Source: an uncultured Thermoleophilia bacterium (lineage in GTDB: Bacteria > Actinomycetota > Thermoleophilia > UBA2241). From it: a DNA stretch of 64,000 nucleotides. Each line of letters starts with the position of its first letter. The first letter of the stretch is position 1. The stretch spans positions 1 through 64,000 of the forward strand of contig CAVQSP010000004.1 in assembly GCA_963715985.1 (NCBI GenBank), in the 5' to 3' direction. The position numbers and the translations under genes are program-made. The notes under the pieces were generated by a model that was not told the origin of the DNA, ran no database searches, and was given only the letters and a program-made list of their open reading frames with translations. Shown here piece after piece: positions 53,963 to 64,000 of the stretch.

Positions 53963-55186
53963 ATGAACCAGAGGGACTTCGTGGACGAGCGGCTGATGCG
54001 CGGCTTTCCGCCGCCGCCCGAGTTCCGCGTGCGCGCCGACCAGGCCTACGCCGACCCGCGGTTCACGCACTGGTACATGCAGCACGCCCGCGAGGTCAGC
54101 GGGACCGCCGACGTGTCGAGCCGCCACGGGGCCGTCGTCCCGCTCCCCGTGGACATCATGGATCTGGATGGCGTCGCGGTGAGCAGGGCAGACGGCGGGC
54201 AGTGGACTCTGGACGAGATGCTGCGCGGCACCTGTGTGGACGCGGTCGCCGTCCTGCGGCGGGGCCGGCTCGTCTACGAGCGCTACTTCAACGGCATGCG
54301 GCCCGAGACGCCGCACCTCTGCCAGTCCGTGACCAAGGCGCTGGCCTCGTGCGTGGCCGCGACCCTGGTCGAAGCGGGCAGGCTGAGCGTCGACGACGAG
54401 GTCGCGGCCATCGTGCCGACGCTGGCCGAGAGCGCGTACGGCGACGCCCGCGTGCGCCACCTCCTGGACATGTCAGTGGGCATCGAGTACGAGGACGAGT
54501 TGGACAAGCCGGAGTACGACGGTGCTCGCCTGTGCCGGCTGGAGGGGGTGCAGCCGGCGCTGGCCGACGACGAGCCCGGGTCCGCCTACGACTTCGCCAC
54601 CCAGACGCGCAAGCAGGGCGAGCACGGGGCCGTGTTCCACTACGTCTCGCTCAACACGTTCGTGCTCGGCTGGGTGATGGAGCGCGCCACGGGGACGCCG
54701 ATGCCGGACCTCCTGCGCACCCAGCTGTGGAGCAAGCTCGGCACGGAGCACGACGCCTTCGTCCTGCTCGACGGCGCCGGCAGCGCCCAGCTCGACGGCG
54801 GCTTCTCGTCCAGCCTGCGCGACCTGGCGAGGTTCGGCCTCATGCTCTGCCAGGACGGGGCCATCGGTGACACGCAGGTCGTCCCGTCCTGGTGGATCGA
54901 GGACGTGCGGCGCAACGGCGACAAGGCCGCCTTCAAGGCCGCCGCCGACACCTGGGGCGATTCGCGTTCGTACGACGGCTGCTCCTACCGCAGCTGCTTC
55001 TGGGTCTGCGAAGCCGACGACCATGTCGCCTTCAGCGGCGTCGGCTGGCTCGGCCAGCGCGTGTACGTCGCTCAGGAGACCGGGGTCGTGGTGGCGATGT
55101 TCTCGTCGCGGCCCCAGGACCGTGAAGATGAGATGGGAGCTCACGCCTTCCCGGCGTGCGAGGACCTCTCCCGCCTTCTCGCCTAG
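53963..55186 (+). CDS. Serine hydrolase of the beta-lactamase fold (NylB-like)
   Basis: GFPPPPE N-terminus, SVTK (SxxK), FHYVS.NT, LRDLARFG. Confidence 0.85.
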   Translation: MNQRDFVDERLMRGFPPPPEFRVRADQAYADPRFTHWYMQHAREVSGTADVSSRHGAVVPLPVDIMDLDGVAVSRADGGQWTLDEMLRGTCVDAVAVLRRGRLVYERYFNGMRPETPHLCQSVTKALASCVAATLVEAGRLSVDDEVAAIVPTLAESAYGDARVRHLLDMSVGIEYEDELDKPEYDGARLCRLEGVQPALADDEPGSAYDFATQTRKQGEHGAVFHYVSLNTFVLGWVMERATGTPMPDLLRTQLWSKLGTEHDAFVLLDGAGSAQLDGGFSSSLRDLARFGLMLCQDGAIGDTQVVPSWWIEDVRRNGDKAAFKAAADTWGDSRSYDGCSYRSCFWVCEADDHVAFSGVGWLGQRVYVAQETGVVVAMFSSRPQDREDEMGAHAFPACEDLSRLLA

Positions 55187-55233
55187 CATGGCGGCGGCGC
55201 GGGACCACCGATCGTCTGAGAGGGAGTGTCGCT

Positions 55234-56484
55234 ATGGATGACGTTGTGATCGCGGCCGCCTGCCGCACGGCCATCGGCGCGTTCGGCGGCGCTCTCAGGG
55301 ACGTCCCTCCGTACCTCCTGGCCGCCACGGTCATCCGCGAGGCCATGGCTCGCGCCGGCGTCAGTCCGGACGACGTGGACGACGTGCGCCTGGGCAGCTG
55401 CTTCGAGCCGTACCTCACCAAGAGCGTGGCCCGGTCCGCCGCCATGGAGGCCGGCATCCCGGTGACCGCGACGGCCGTGTCCATGGACCGTGTCTGTGTC
55501 TCGGCCATGGAGGCCGTGATCTCGGGCATGGCGATGATCAAGGCCGGCCTCGCGGACGTCGTCGTGGCGGGCGGCGTGGAGGTCATGTCGGGAGTGCCGT
55601 ACGCCGTCCCGACCGCCCGCTGGGGGGCGCGCCTGCAGAACCAGACCATCGACGACCAGGTGATCGAGGGGCTGTTCTGCGGCTCGCGGTATCACCCGTG
55701 CCCGCCCTGCGACGATCCCGACGCACACCCCGTCCACGCCCGTCTGCAGGGCAAGCCCTACGTGATGGGCGACACCGCCGAGCTCGTGGCCGAGAGGTAC
55801 CGCCTCTCGCGCGTGGAGCTGGATGAGGTGGCGCTGCGCAGCCACCACAACGTCGAGCGAGCCACGGAAGAGGGCGACTTCGCCGACGAGATCGTGCCGG
55901 TGGAGATCCCCCAGAAGCGCGGCAAGCCGCCGCTGGTCTTCGCCAGAGACGAGCACTTCCGCCCCGGCCTCACGATGGAGGACCTCGCGGCCCTGCGGCC
56001 GGCCTTCCTGCCGGACATCGGCGTGGTCACGGCCGGCAACTCCGCCGGCATCAACGACGGCGCCAGCGCCGTGGTCATCATGTCGGCCAAGCGGGCGAAG
56101 GAGTCGGGGGTCAAGCCCCTGGCCGCGATCAGGGCCGTCGGCTACGGCGGCTGCGAGCCCTCGCTGATGGGCATCAGCCCGGTTCCCGCGGTGCGCGCCC
56201 TCGAGCGCCGCTCCGGGCTCCGGCTGCAGGACTTCGAGCTGCTCGAGGTCCACGAGGCCTTCGCCTCGCAGTACCTCGCCTGTGAGCGCGACCTCGGTCT
56301 CGACCGCGACATCACCAACGTCAACGGCTCGGGGATCGGCCTCGGACACCCCGTGGGCTCCACCGGCTGCCGCCTGATGGTCACCCTGTTGCACGCCATG
56401 CGGCGTCGCGGCAAGACGCTGGGGCTGGCCACGCTGTGCGGCGGCGGCGGCGTGTCGATGGCCGCCGCCCTCGAGCTCGTCTGA
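55234..56484 (+). CDS. Acetyl-CoA acyltransferase (thiolase)
   Basis: RTAIG.FGG, RVCVS, GGVEVMS, TAGNSAGINDGA, HEAF, GHPVG, CGGGG. Confidence 0.93.
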   Translation: MDDVVIAAACRTAIGAFGGALRDVPPYLLAATVIREAMARAGVSPDDVDDVRLGSCFEPYLTKSVARSAAMEAGIPVTATAVSMDRVCVSAMEAVISGMAMIKAGLADVVVAGGVEVMSGVPYAVPTARWGARLQNQTIDDQVIEGLFCGSRYHPCPPCDDPDAHPVHARLQGKPYVMGDTAELVAERYRLSRVELDEVALRSHHNVERATEEGDFADEIVPVEIPQKRGKPPLVFARDEHFRPGLTMEDLAALRPAFLPDIGVVTAGNSAGINDGASAVVIMSAKRAKESGVKPLAAIRAVGYGGCEPSLMGISPVPAVRALERRSGLRLQDFELLEVHEAFASQYLACERDLGLDRDITNVNGSGIGLGHPVGSTGCRLMVTLLHAMRRRGKTLGLATLCGGGGVSMAAALELV

Positions 56485-56515
56485 CCCGCAGCCGACGACG
56501 CACGGGAGGGTCCAC

Positions 56516-58159
56516 ATGCCGGCCAAGCTCATCGAGAGGACGTCCGAGGCCTACGGCTACCCGCTGCTGATCAAGCACCTGCTGCACGCCCCCATGGCGC
56601 ACGCGGCCGACCAGGAGATCGTCTACCGCGACCTCGTGCGCTACACGTACCGCGACTTCGCCGAGCGGGTCGCCCGGCTGGCCGCCGGGCTCGCGAGCCT
56701 CGGCGTGGAGCCGGGCCACACCGTCGGCGTGCTGGACTGGGACAGCCACCGCTACCTCGAGTGCTTCTTCGCCGTGCCCATGATGGGCGCGATCCTGCAC
56801 ACGGTGAACGTGCGCCTCTCGCCGGAGCAGATCCTCTACACCATCGATCACGCCGAGGACGACGTCCTGCTCGTCAACGCCGAGTTCCTGCCGGTACTGG
56901 AGGAGATCCGCGACCGGCTCGAGACCGTCAAGACGTTCGTCCTGCTCAGTGACCTGGAGGAGCCGCCCGAGACAGCTGTGGCGTTCGCCGCGGAGTACGA
57001 GGAGCTGCTGGCGCGGAGCCCGGCCGAGTACGAGTTCCCCGAGCTCGACGAGGACACGCACGCCACGACCTTCTACACGACCGGCACCACCGGGTTGCCC
57101 AAGGGCGTGTACTACAGCCACCGCCAGCTCGTGCTGCACACGCTGGCGGGTCTCTCGGCGATGGCCATGGCGCCGGCACAGGGCGGCTTCCACCAGGACG
57201 ACGTCTACATGCCGATCACGCCCATGTTCCACGCCCACGCCTGGGGCTACCCGTACATGGCCACGCTCATGGGCGTGAAGCAGGTCTATCCCGGCCGCTA
57301 CGAGCCGGCGACCCTGCTCGGCTTGATCGAGAGAGAGAAGGTCACGGTCTCGCACTGCGTGGCCACCATCGTCTTCATGCTGCTGCGGAGTCCCGCCATG
57401 GAGCACGCCGACCTGCGCGGCTGGAAGGTGATCATCGGCGGCGGGCCGCTGCCCAAGGCGCTCTGCAGCGAGGCCCTGGCGAAGGGCATCGACATCTACG
57501 GCGGCTACGGCCTCAGCGAGACCTGCCCGTTCATCATGAGCGCGCACCTGCCGCCGGAGCTGCCCGACTTGGACGAGGAGCGCGAGCTGGAGATCCGCTG
57601 CCGGGCCGGCCGGCCCAACCCGCTCGTGGACCTCAGGGTGGTGGATGAGGCCATGCGCGACGTCCCGCACGACGGTGTGGCCACGGGCGAGATCGTCCTG
57701 CGCGCCCCGTGGGTCACGATGGGCTACCTCAAGGACGAGCGCAACTCGGAGGCGCTGTGGGCCGGCGGGTACCTGCACACCGGCGACATCGGCTTCATCG
57801 ACGAGCTCGGCTACCTGCAGGTCTCCGACCGCATCAAGGACGTCATCAAGACGGGAGGCGAGTGGATCTCGTCGCTCGACCTCGAGAACATCATCCTGCA
57901 GCACCCCAGCGTGAGCGAGGTGGCGGTGATCGGCGTGCCCGACGACAAGTGGGGCGAGCGGCCGCTGGCTTTGGTCGTGCTCAGGGACGGGGCGCCGGAC
58001 GACGCCGAGGGCATCCGGCGCTTCGCCCTGGACTACGCCCAGAAGGGCGTCATCCCCAAGTACGGCGTGCCGGACCGGATCCTGTTCGTGCCCGAGATCG
58101 ACAAGACGAGCGTCGGAAAACTCGACAAGAAAGTGCTGCGCGACAAATACTGCGGGTGA
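56516..58159 (+). CDS. AMP-forming fatty-acid--CoA ligase (AlkK/DmdB-like)
   Basis: [49 protein letters not shown]. Confidence 0.92.
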   Translation: MPAKLIERTSEAYGYPLLIKHLLHAPMAHAADQEIVYRDLVRYTYRDFAERVARLAAGLASLGVEPGHTVGVLDWDSHRYLECFFAVPMMGAILHTVNVRLSPEQILYTIDHAEDDVLLVNAEFLPVLEEIRDRLETVKTFVLLSDLEEPPETAVAFAAEYEELLARSPAEYEFPELDEDTHATTFYTTGTTGLPKGVYYSHRQLVLHTLAGLSAMAMAPAQGGFHQDDVYMPITPMFHAHAWGYPYMATLMGVKQVYPGRYEPATLLGLIEREKVTVSHCVATIVFMLLRSPAMEHADLRGWKVIIGGGPLPKALCSEALAKGIDIYGGYGLSETCPFIMSAHLPPELPDLDEERELEIRCRAGRPNPLVDLRVVDEAMRDVPHDGVATGEIVLRAPWVTMGYLKDERNSEALWAGGYLHTGDIGFIDELGYLQVSDRIKDVIKTGGEWISSLDLENIILQHPSVSEVAVIGVPDDKWGERPLALVVLRDGAPDDAEGIRRFALDYAQKGVIPKYGVPDRILFVPEIDKTSVGKLDKKVLRDKYCG

Positions 58160-58262
58160 TATGCTCTGCATCCGCAACTTCTACTGAATGTGTGAGAGTC
58201 ATCAGGATATCGACCGGATACTCTGCTGACACGACGGAAAGGATTCGGGTAACTCTGTCGCC

Positions 58263-60053
58263 ATGGACACACTCTTCCTGATGGGCAACGAGGCGATCGG
58301 GTACGGCGCGGTGCGCGCCGGGGCCCGCTTCGCCTGCGCGTACCCGGGCACGCCCTCCACCGAGATCCTCGAGACGGCCGCGGGCCTCGAAGGCATCCAC
58401 GCCGAGTGGTGCGTCAACGAGAAGGTCGCGCTCGAGACCGCCGTCGGCGCCTCGCGTGCGGGCCTGCGCAGCATCGTCAGCATGAAGCACGTCGGCCTCA
58501 ACGTGGCCGCCGACCCGCTGCTCACGCTCACCGAGACCGGGGTCAACGCCGGGCTCGTCATCGTGAGCGCCGACGACCCGAGCATGGCGTCCTCGCAGAA
58601 CGAGCAGGACAGCCGCAACTACGCCAAGTTCGCCAAGATCCCCATGCTCGAGCCATCGGACAGCCAGGAGGCCTACGACTTCGTCGCCGAGGCCTTCGCC
58701 CTGTCCGAGGAGTTCGACACGCCGGTCCTGCTGCGGTCGTCGACCAAGCTCTCGCACGGGCGCGGCCAGGTGGTGCAGGGCGAGCGCATCGAGCCGCCGC
58801 AGATCGAGTACGTCAAGGACATCACCAAGCACCTCATGGTGCCGCAGTGGGCGCGCCTGCGGACGCGCTTCATCATCCAACGGCTGCAGCGCCTGCGGGA
58901 GCGCGCCGAGGAGTCGTCGCTCAACGTGCTGGAGCCCGGCACGGTGGACTTCGGCATCATCACGTCGGGCGTCGCCTACCAGTACGTGCGGGAGGCGTTC
59001 CCCGACGTGTGGGTGCTCAAGCTCGGCATGTCCTACCCGCAGCCGTACCGGAAGATCGCCGAGCTGTACGAGAAGGTCTCGCGGGTCGCCGTGGTCGAGG
59101 AGCTGGACCCGTTCATAGAGGAGACGGTACGCCTGCTCGGCCTGCCGGTGATCGGCAAGGAGGCCATCCCGGCCGACGGTGAGCTGGACCAGGACATGGT
59201 GTTCGAGGCGCTCGAGTCATACATCGAGAGCGAGGCGCCGGCGCCCCGCACCCCGGTCTTCCCGCCGGCGCCCCGCCTGCGGCCGCTGCCCGTCGACGAG
59301 GACCTCCCGGTGCGCCCGCCCGTGCTCTGCCCCGGCTGCCGGCACCGTTCGGTGTTCACCGCCCTCAAGCGGCAGAAGCTGGCGGCCATGGGCGACATCG
59401 GCTGCTACATGCTCGGCGCCGACCCGCCGCTCAACTCCCTCGACAGCTCGCTGTGCATGGGCGCCAGCATCGGCATGATGGCCGGCTTCAACGAAGCGCT
59501 CGGACGCAAGGCCTCGGCCGCGGTCATCGGCGACTCCACCTTCTTCCACTCCGGCATCACCGGCCTCATCAGCGCCTCCTACAACGGCGCCGAGGGGTTG
59601 GTGCTCATCCTCGACAACCGCACCACGGCCATGACCGGGCACCAGGGCAACCCGGGGACGGGCGTGCGGCCCGACCTCACCGAGGGCCCCGCCATCGACC
59701 TGCAATCGCTGTGCGACGGCATCGGCGTGCGCTGCACGACCATCGACGCCAAGGACTACGGCGCTATCCAGGGCGCCATCAAGACGGAGGTCACCACGCC
59801 CGGCCTTGGCGTGATCGTCGCCCAGGCCCCGTGCGCGCTGCTCGTGCGCGAGAAGTCCGGCACGGTGCTGGTGGACGACGAGCGCTGCAACCTCTGCGGG
59901 CTGTGCCTCGCCATCGGCTGCCCGGCCATCGTGCCCGAGGAGGACACCGTGAGCATCATGGACTCGTGCACGGGTTGCGGCCTGTGCGTGGAGGTGTGCA
60001 AGCGCGGCGCCCTCAGCCTCGAACGTACGCCGGTCGCGGGAGGTGTGTCGTGA
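58263..60053 (+). CDS. iorA: Indolepyruvate:ferredoxin oxidoreductase alpha subunit
   Basis: GNEAI, YPGTPSTEI, NEKVALE, MKHVGLNVAAD, SSQNEQD, LCPGC.H, GDIGCY, GDSTFFHSG, two C-terminal ferredoxin motifs. Confidence 0.93.
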   Translation: MDTLFLMGNEAIGYGAVRAGARFACAYPGTPSTEILETAAGLEGIHAEWCVNEKVALETAVGASRAGLRSIVSMKHVGLNVAADPLLTLTETGVNAGLVIVSADDPSMASSQNEQDSRNYAKFAKIPMLEPSDSQEAYDFVAEAFALSEEFDTPVLLRSSTKLSHGRGQVVQGERIEPPQIEYVKDITKHLMVPQWARLRTRFIIQRLQRLRERAEESSLNVLEPGTVDFGIITSGVAYQYVREAFPDVWVLKLGMSYPQPYRKIAELYEKVSRVAVVEELDPFIEETVRLLGLPVIGKEAIPADGELDQDMVFEALESYIESEAPAPRTPVFPPAPRLRPLPVDEDLPVRPPVLCPGCRHRSVFTALKRQKLAAMGDIGCYMLGADPPLNSLDSSLCMGASIGMMAGFNEALGRKASAAVIGDSTFFHSGITGLISASYNGAEGLVLILDNRTTAMTGHQGNPGTGVRPDLTEGPAIDLQSLCDGIGVRCTTIDAKDYGAIQGAIKTEVTTPGLGVIVAQAPCALLVREKSGTVLVDDERCNLCGLCLAIGCPAIVPEEDTVSIMDSCTGCGLCVEVCKRGALSLERTPVAGGVS

Positions 60054-60649
60054 GCGACGTGACGACGGTCTGCCTCGTCGGCGTGGGCGGCCAGGGCATC
60101 CTGCTGGCCGCCTCCATCCTCTCCGAGGCGGCCTCGGCGGACGGGTTGATGGTCAAGGCCAGCGAGATCCACGGCATGGCCCAGCGCGGCGGCAGCGTGG
60201 TCAGCACCGTGCGCTTCGGGGCCAAAGTCTTCTCGCCCGTGTCCAAGCGCGCCGACTTCGTCCTGGCGACCGAGCTCCTTGAGGGCCACCGCGGCCTGCG
60301 CCTGCTGGGCTCCGGGGGCACGCTGGTGTGCGCGGTCAGCACGCTCATCCTGCCGGGCAGCGTGCTGCGGCGCGAGGAGCAGTATCCGGAGGACCTGGCG
60401 GCGGAGGCGGCCACTCGCGGCGTACGCCTCGTGGCCGTGGACGCCGAGGGACTGGCGCGCGAGGCCGGCACGATCCGTGCCGTCAACGTCGCCCTGCTCG
60501 GCGCCGCCAGCACGGTCCTGCCCTTCGACGAGGCTTCATGGGAGCGCGGTCTGGAGCGCGCCGTCCCGGCCAAGATCCGCGCCGTGAACGAGCGCGCCTT
60601 CGCCCTCGGGCGCGAGGCGGTCGCCGGAGAGGTGACACAGACGGTGTGA
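60050..60649 (+). CDS. iorB: Indolepyruvate:ferredoxin oxidoreductase beta subunit
   Basis: GVGGQG, SEIHGMAQRGGSV, N.RAF.LG; GTGA overlap with iorA. Confidence 0.92.
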   Translation: MSDVTTVCLVGVGGQGILLAASILSEAASADGLMVKASEIHGMAQRGGSVVSTVRFGAKVFSPVSKRADFVLATELLEGHRGLRLLGSGGTLVCAVSTLILPGSVLRREEQYPEDLAAEAATRGVRLVAVDAEGLAREAGTIRAVNVALLGAASTVLPFDEASWERGLERAVPAKIRAVNERAFALGREAVAGEVTQTV

Positions 60650-60703
60650 GCGGCGCCTGCGTGGGGGCGCGGAGCGCGGACGTGGACTGAGGGAGGAGCC
60701 GAG

Positions 60704-61462
60704 GTGCAGATCGCGGGAGCGAGGATCCTGATCACCGGCGCGGCGCGCGGCCTGGGGCGGACGTTCGCCCTGGACCTGGCGGCGGCCGGCGCGCGAGTGG
60801 GTGTGTGCGACGTGGACCCGGCCGGTCTGGCCGAGCTGGAGAAGGAGACGGCCGGGCTTGAGCCGGCCATCTGGACGCAGACGGCCGACGTTGCCGACGA
60901 GGCGAGCGTCGAGGCCCTGTTCGCCGGGTTCGTGGAGCACGCCGGCGGCATCGACGCGGTCATCAACAACGCCGGCCTGAACCGCGACGGCCTGCTCGTG
61001 CGCAAGACCGACGAGGGCGTGCAGAAACTCTCGCTGGCCAAGTGGCAGGCCGTGATCGACGTGGACCTCACCGGCGTCTTTCTATGCTCCCGTGAGGCGG
61101 CCTGGCACATGGTGCGGCAGGGCACGGGCGGCGTGATCCTCTCGATCTCGTCGCTCTCGTGGCTGGGCAACGTCGGCCAGACCAACTACAGCGCCGCCAA
61201 AGCGGGCGTGGTCGGCATGACCCGTACGTGGGGCATGGAGCTGGCCCGGTACGGCATCCGCGCGGCGGCCATCGCGCCCGGGCTCACGGCCACGGAGATG
61301 GCCCAGGCCATGCCGGAGGAGGCGCGGCGCAAGCTCACCGACGCCATCCCCTTGCGCCGCATGGCCGACCCGGCGGAGATCGCCCTCACCGTACGGTTCG
61401 TCCTCGAGAACGACTTCATCAACGGCCGCGTGATCCCCGTGGACGGTGGCCTGAGGCTCTGA
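60704..61462 (+). CDS. FabG-like short-chain dehydrogenase/reductase
   Basis: TGAARGLG, INNAG..RDG, GNVGQTNYSAAKAG. Confidence 0.9.
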   Translation: MQIAGARILITGAARGLGRTFALDLAAAGARVGVCDVDPAGLAELEKETAGLEPAIWTQTADVADEASVEALFAGFVEHAGGIDAVINNAGLNRDGLLVRKTDEGVQKLSLAKWQAVIDVDLTGVFLCSREAAWHMVRQGTGGVILSISSLSWLGNVGQTNYSAAKAGVVGMTRTWGMELARYGIRAAAIAPGLTATEMAQAMPEEARRKLTDAIPLRRMADPAEIALTVRFVLENDFINGRVIPVDGGLRL

Positions 61463-61547
61463 GCAGGCCCCTCGCCTGCGCGCACGAACGACACCACCGG
61501 GCGAAGCCGGAGGAGCTCTGCCCGACCGAGAGACTACGGAGGTTGAG

Positions 61548-63616
61548 ATGGGTGCGGTGAACATCGACCCGGCACGTTTCGCGCGTCTTCTGGACCCGCG
61601 TTCGATCGCCGTCTTCGGCGGGGCGCAGGCCCAGGAGGTGATCCGTCAGTGCGACCTCATGGGCTACGAGGGCGAGATCTGGCCGGTCCATCCCAAGAAG
61701 GACGAGATCATGGGCCGCGCGGTGTACCGCTCGGTCGACGAGCTGCCGGGCAGCCCCGACGCGGCCTACGTCGGGGTGAACCGCAACCTCACCATCGACA
61801 TCATCAAAGGACTCGCGGCACTCGATGCGGGCGGCGCGATCTCCTATGCCACCGGCTTCGCTGAGGCAGGTCAGGAGGGTTCCGAGCTGACGCAGCAACT
61901 CCTGGAGGCGTCGGGAGAGATGGCCCTCGTCGGGCCGAACTGCTACGGGCTCCTCAACTACGTCAGCGGGGCCATGCTGTGGCCGGACCAGCAGGGCGGC
62001 CGCCGCGTGGACAAGGGCGTCGCCATCATCACGATGTCGTCCAACGTGGGCTTCAACCTCACGATGCAGCGGCGCGGCCTCCCCATCGCCTACATGGTCT
62101 CGCTCGGTAACCGCATCAAGTTCGACCTGCACGATGCCATCAAGATCTTCGCGCAGCAGGAGCGGGTCACGGCCATCGGCCTCTACCTCGAGACGATGCC
62201 CGACCCCAAGACGTTCCAGGAGGCCGTCGACGTCGCCCGCCGGCTGGGCAAGCCGATCGTGGCCATCAAGACGGGCCGCTCGCAGGTCGCGCAGAAGGTC
62301 GTGATGTCGCACACCGCCTCGCTGGCCGGGTCCGACGTGCTCGTCAGCGCGCTGTTCGAGCGTCTCGGCGTGGCACGCGTGGACTCTCTTGAGGCGTTGA
62401 TCGAGGCGCTCAAGGTGCTGCACGTCCTCGGCCCGCTCCAGGGCGGCCGCATCGCCGCCATGAGCACGTCCGGCGGCGACCTCACGCTGGTCGCCGACGC
62501 GCTCACCGCGGGCCTGTCGCTGCCGCCGCTGTCGCCCGCGGCGACGGAACGGCTGCGCGCGGTCGTGCACGAGCGCGTGGTCCCGGCCAACCCCTTCGAC
62601 TACCAGATGTTCAGCTGGGACGACGACGACGCCAACGCCGCGATCTTCGGCGCTCTCCTGTCCGACGATTTCGACGTCGCGCTGTGCCTGCTCGACTACC
62701 CGCGGGCAGACAAGTGCGACCAGTCGACCTGGGGCGGGGCCGAGCGGGGCTTCGTGCGGGCCGCCAAAGACACGGGCACCAAGGGTGCGGTGATGGCGAC
62801 CTTCGCGGACACGATCTCGGAGCCCGTGGCCGAGCGCCTGATGGAGGACGGCGTGGCCATGCTGGCCGGCATCGACGCCGGGGTCGCGGGTGTCAAGGCG
62901 GCGGTGGACATCGGCGCCGCCTGGCGACGGCCGCCGGCGCAGCCGCTGCTCACCGACCCCGGCCGGCAGAGCGGGGGCCCGGTCAGCGTCCTGGACGAGG
63001 CCGCATCCAAGCGCCTGCTGGCCGAGGCCGGCGTGCACGTGCCGGCGTCGCGGACCGTCCGCACGGCGGCCGAGGCGGTCGCGGCCGCCGAGGAGCTGGG
63101 CTTCCCCGTGGTCGTCAAGGCGCTGGGCATCGCGCACAAGTCCGACGTGGGCGGCGTACGCCTGGATCTGCGCAGCGCGGAGGAAGTGAGCGAGGCCATG
63201 TCCATGATGTCGGGCCTCGCCGACGCCTACCTCGTGGAGAGGATGGTCGAGGGCGCGGTCGCGGAGATCATCGTGGGCGTGGCCCGGGACCCGCAGTTCG
63301 GCCCGTACCTCGTGGTCGGCGGTGGCGGGATCCTCGTGGAGCTGATGAAGGACAGCGCGTCGCTGCTGCTGCCGGTCACCAGGGAAGCACGTCCTGCAGG
63401 CCCTGGACGGGCTGCAGTGCGCGCCGCTCCTCAACTGCTTCAGGGGCTGCCCGCAGGCCGACCTCAACGCCGCCGCCGACGCGGTCCTGGCGGTCGCCGG
63501 GCCTCGTGGAGAAGGACCCTTCCGCCATCGCGGAGCTCGACATCAACCCGCTGCTGGTCCTCGAGGAGGGCCGCGGCGCGGTCGCCGCCGACGCTCTGAT
63601 CAGACTCAACGCGTGA
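61548..63616 (+). CDS. ADP-forming acyl-CoA synthetase (fused alpha/beta), frameshifted near the 3' end
   Basis: LLDPRSIAVFGG, GPNCYG, SHTASLAG, NPFD, HKSDVGGV, ELDINPL. Confidence 0.88.
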
Positions 63617-63662
63617 CCCTGGAGCGAACCGCCCGGCCCGGCCGGGGAAAGGACCGCAGCAC

Positions 63663-64000
63663 ATGAGCAGCGACGGCATCGAGCAGAGGATCATCGAGAG
63701 GGCGAAGGAGGAGGGCGCGGCGCTGGCCGGTATCGCGCGCATCGCCGACCTCAAGAACGGCCCCTCGTACGCCACCTACGACGCGAACCCCTTCTACCCC
63801 GAGTACGAGGGCGTGGAGTGGAAGGACGAGTACAAGTCGGTCCTGGTCTGGGGGCTGGCGCACCCGGCGTCCGAGCCGGTGCTCGACTGGTGGAGCCTGA
63901 AGGTCAAGGGCTTCACCCCAGGGAACCGCGAGCTGGCGGCGCAGTCCAAGCGCTTGCGCACGTGGATGAACGAAGAGCTCGGGATCGGGGCGCTCTCCCT
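63663..64000 (+). CDS. QueG/epoxyqueuosine-reductase-like protein, N-terminal part (runs off the window)
   Basis: IIERAKEEGAALAGIA...KSVLVWGLAHP..EPVLDWW...TPGN resembles the N-terminus of QueG-like Fe-S proteins; GGAAAGGA RBS; cluster motifs are not in the window. Confidence 0.55.
   Translation, partial: MSSDGIEQRIIERAKEEGAALAGIARIADLKNGPSYATYDANPFYPEYEGVEWKDEYKSVLVWGLAHPASEPVLDWWSLKVKGFTPGNRELAAQSKRLRTWMNEELGIGALS

Noticed and set aside
58160-58262. Lower-GC intergenic segment as a riboswitch or ncRNA
   Set aside because: No recognisable aptamer or stable fold; probably a promoter region for iorA.

Overview
This is a very GC-rich (roughly 70% by eye) window, probably from an anaerobic actinobacterial-type genome (lineage inferred from a DtxR/IdeR-like box, a C-terminally anchored solute-binding protein and codon usage). 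The main finding is a translationally coupled pair of methylamine:corrinoid methyltransferase genes, mttB (32092-33561) and mtbB (33561-34943). Each is interrupted by one in-frame TAG at the position that is pyrrolysine in methanogen MttB and MtbB, and conserved sequence resumes right after it. This implies amber recoding to pyrrolysine, even though TAG also ends about 13 genes in the window. No pylTSBCD, corrinoid protein or RamA gene is visible here. Downstream lie a CdhC-like beta-keto acid cleavage enzyme, an ADP-forming CoA ligase, a thiolase, SDRs and IorAB (possible quaternary-amine catabolism). There are also an Lrp-flanked aminotransferase/GlcDF/FAH operon, a sulfotransferase-like gene with sat, and panB coupled to a large unknown protein. 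The left part holds central metabolism (pyruvate kinase, PFOR, malic enzyme, two fumarases) plus IlvE, GH65 and alkaline phosphatase. Most long genes in the first 14.4 kb are frameshifted, most likely from sequencing or assembly indels, with an apparent junction near 14420.
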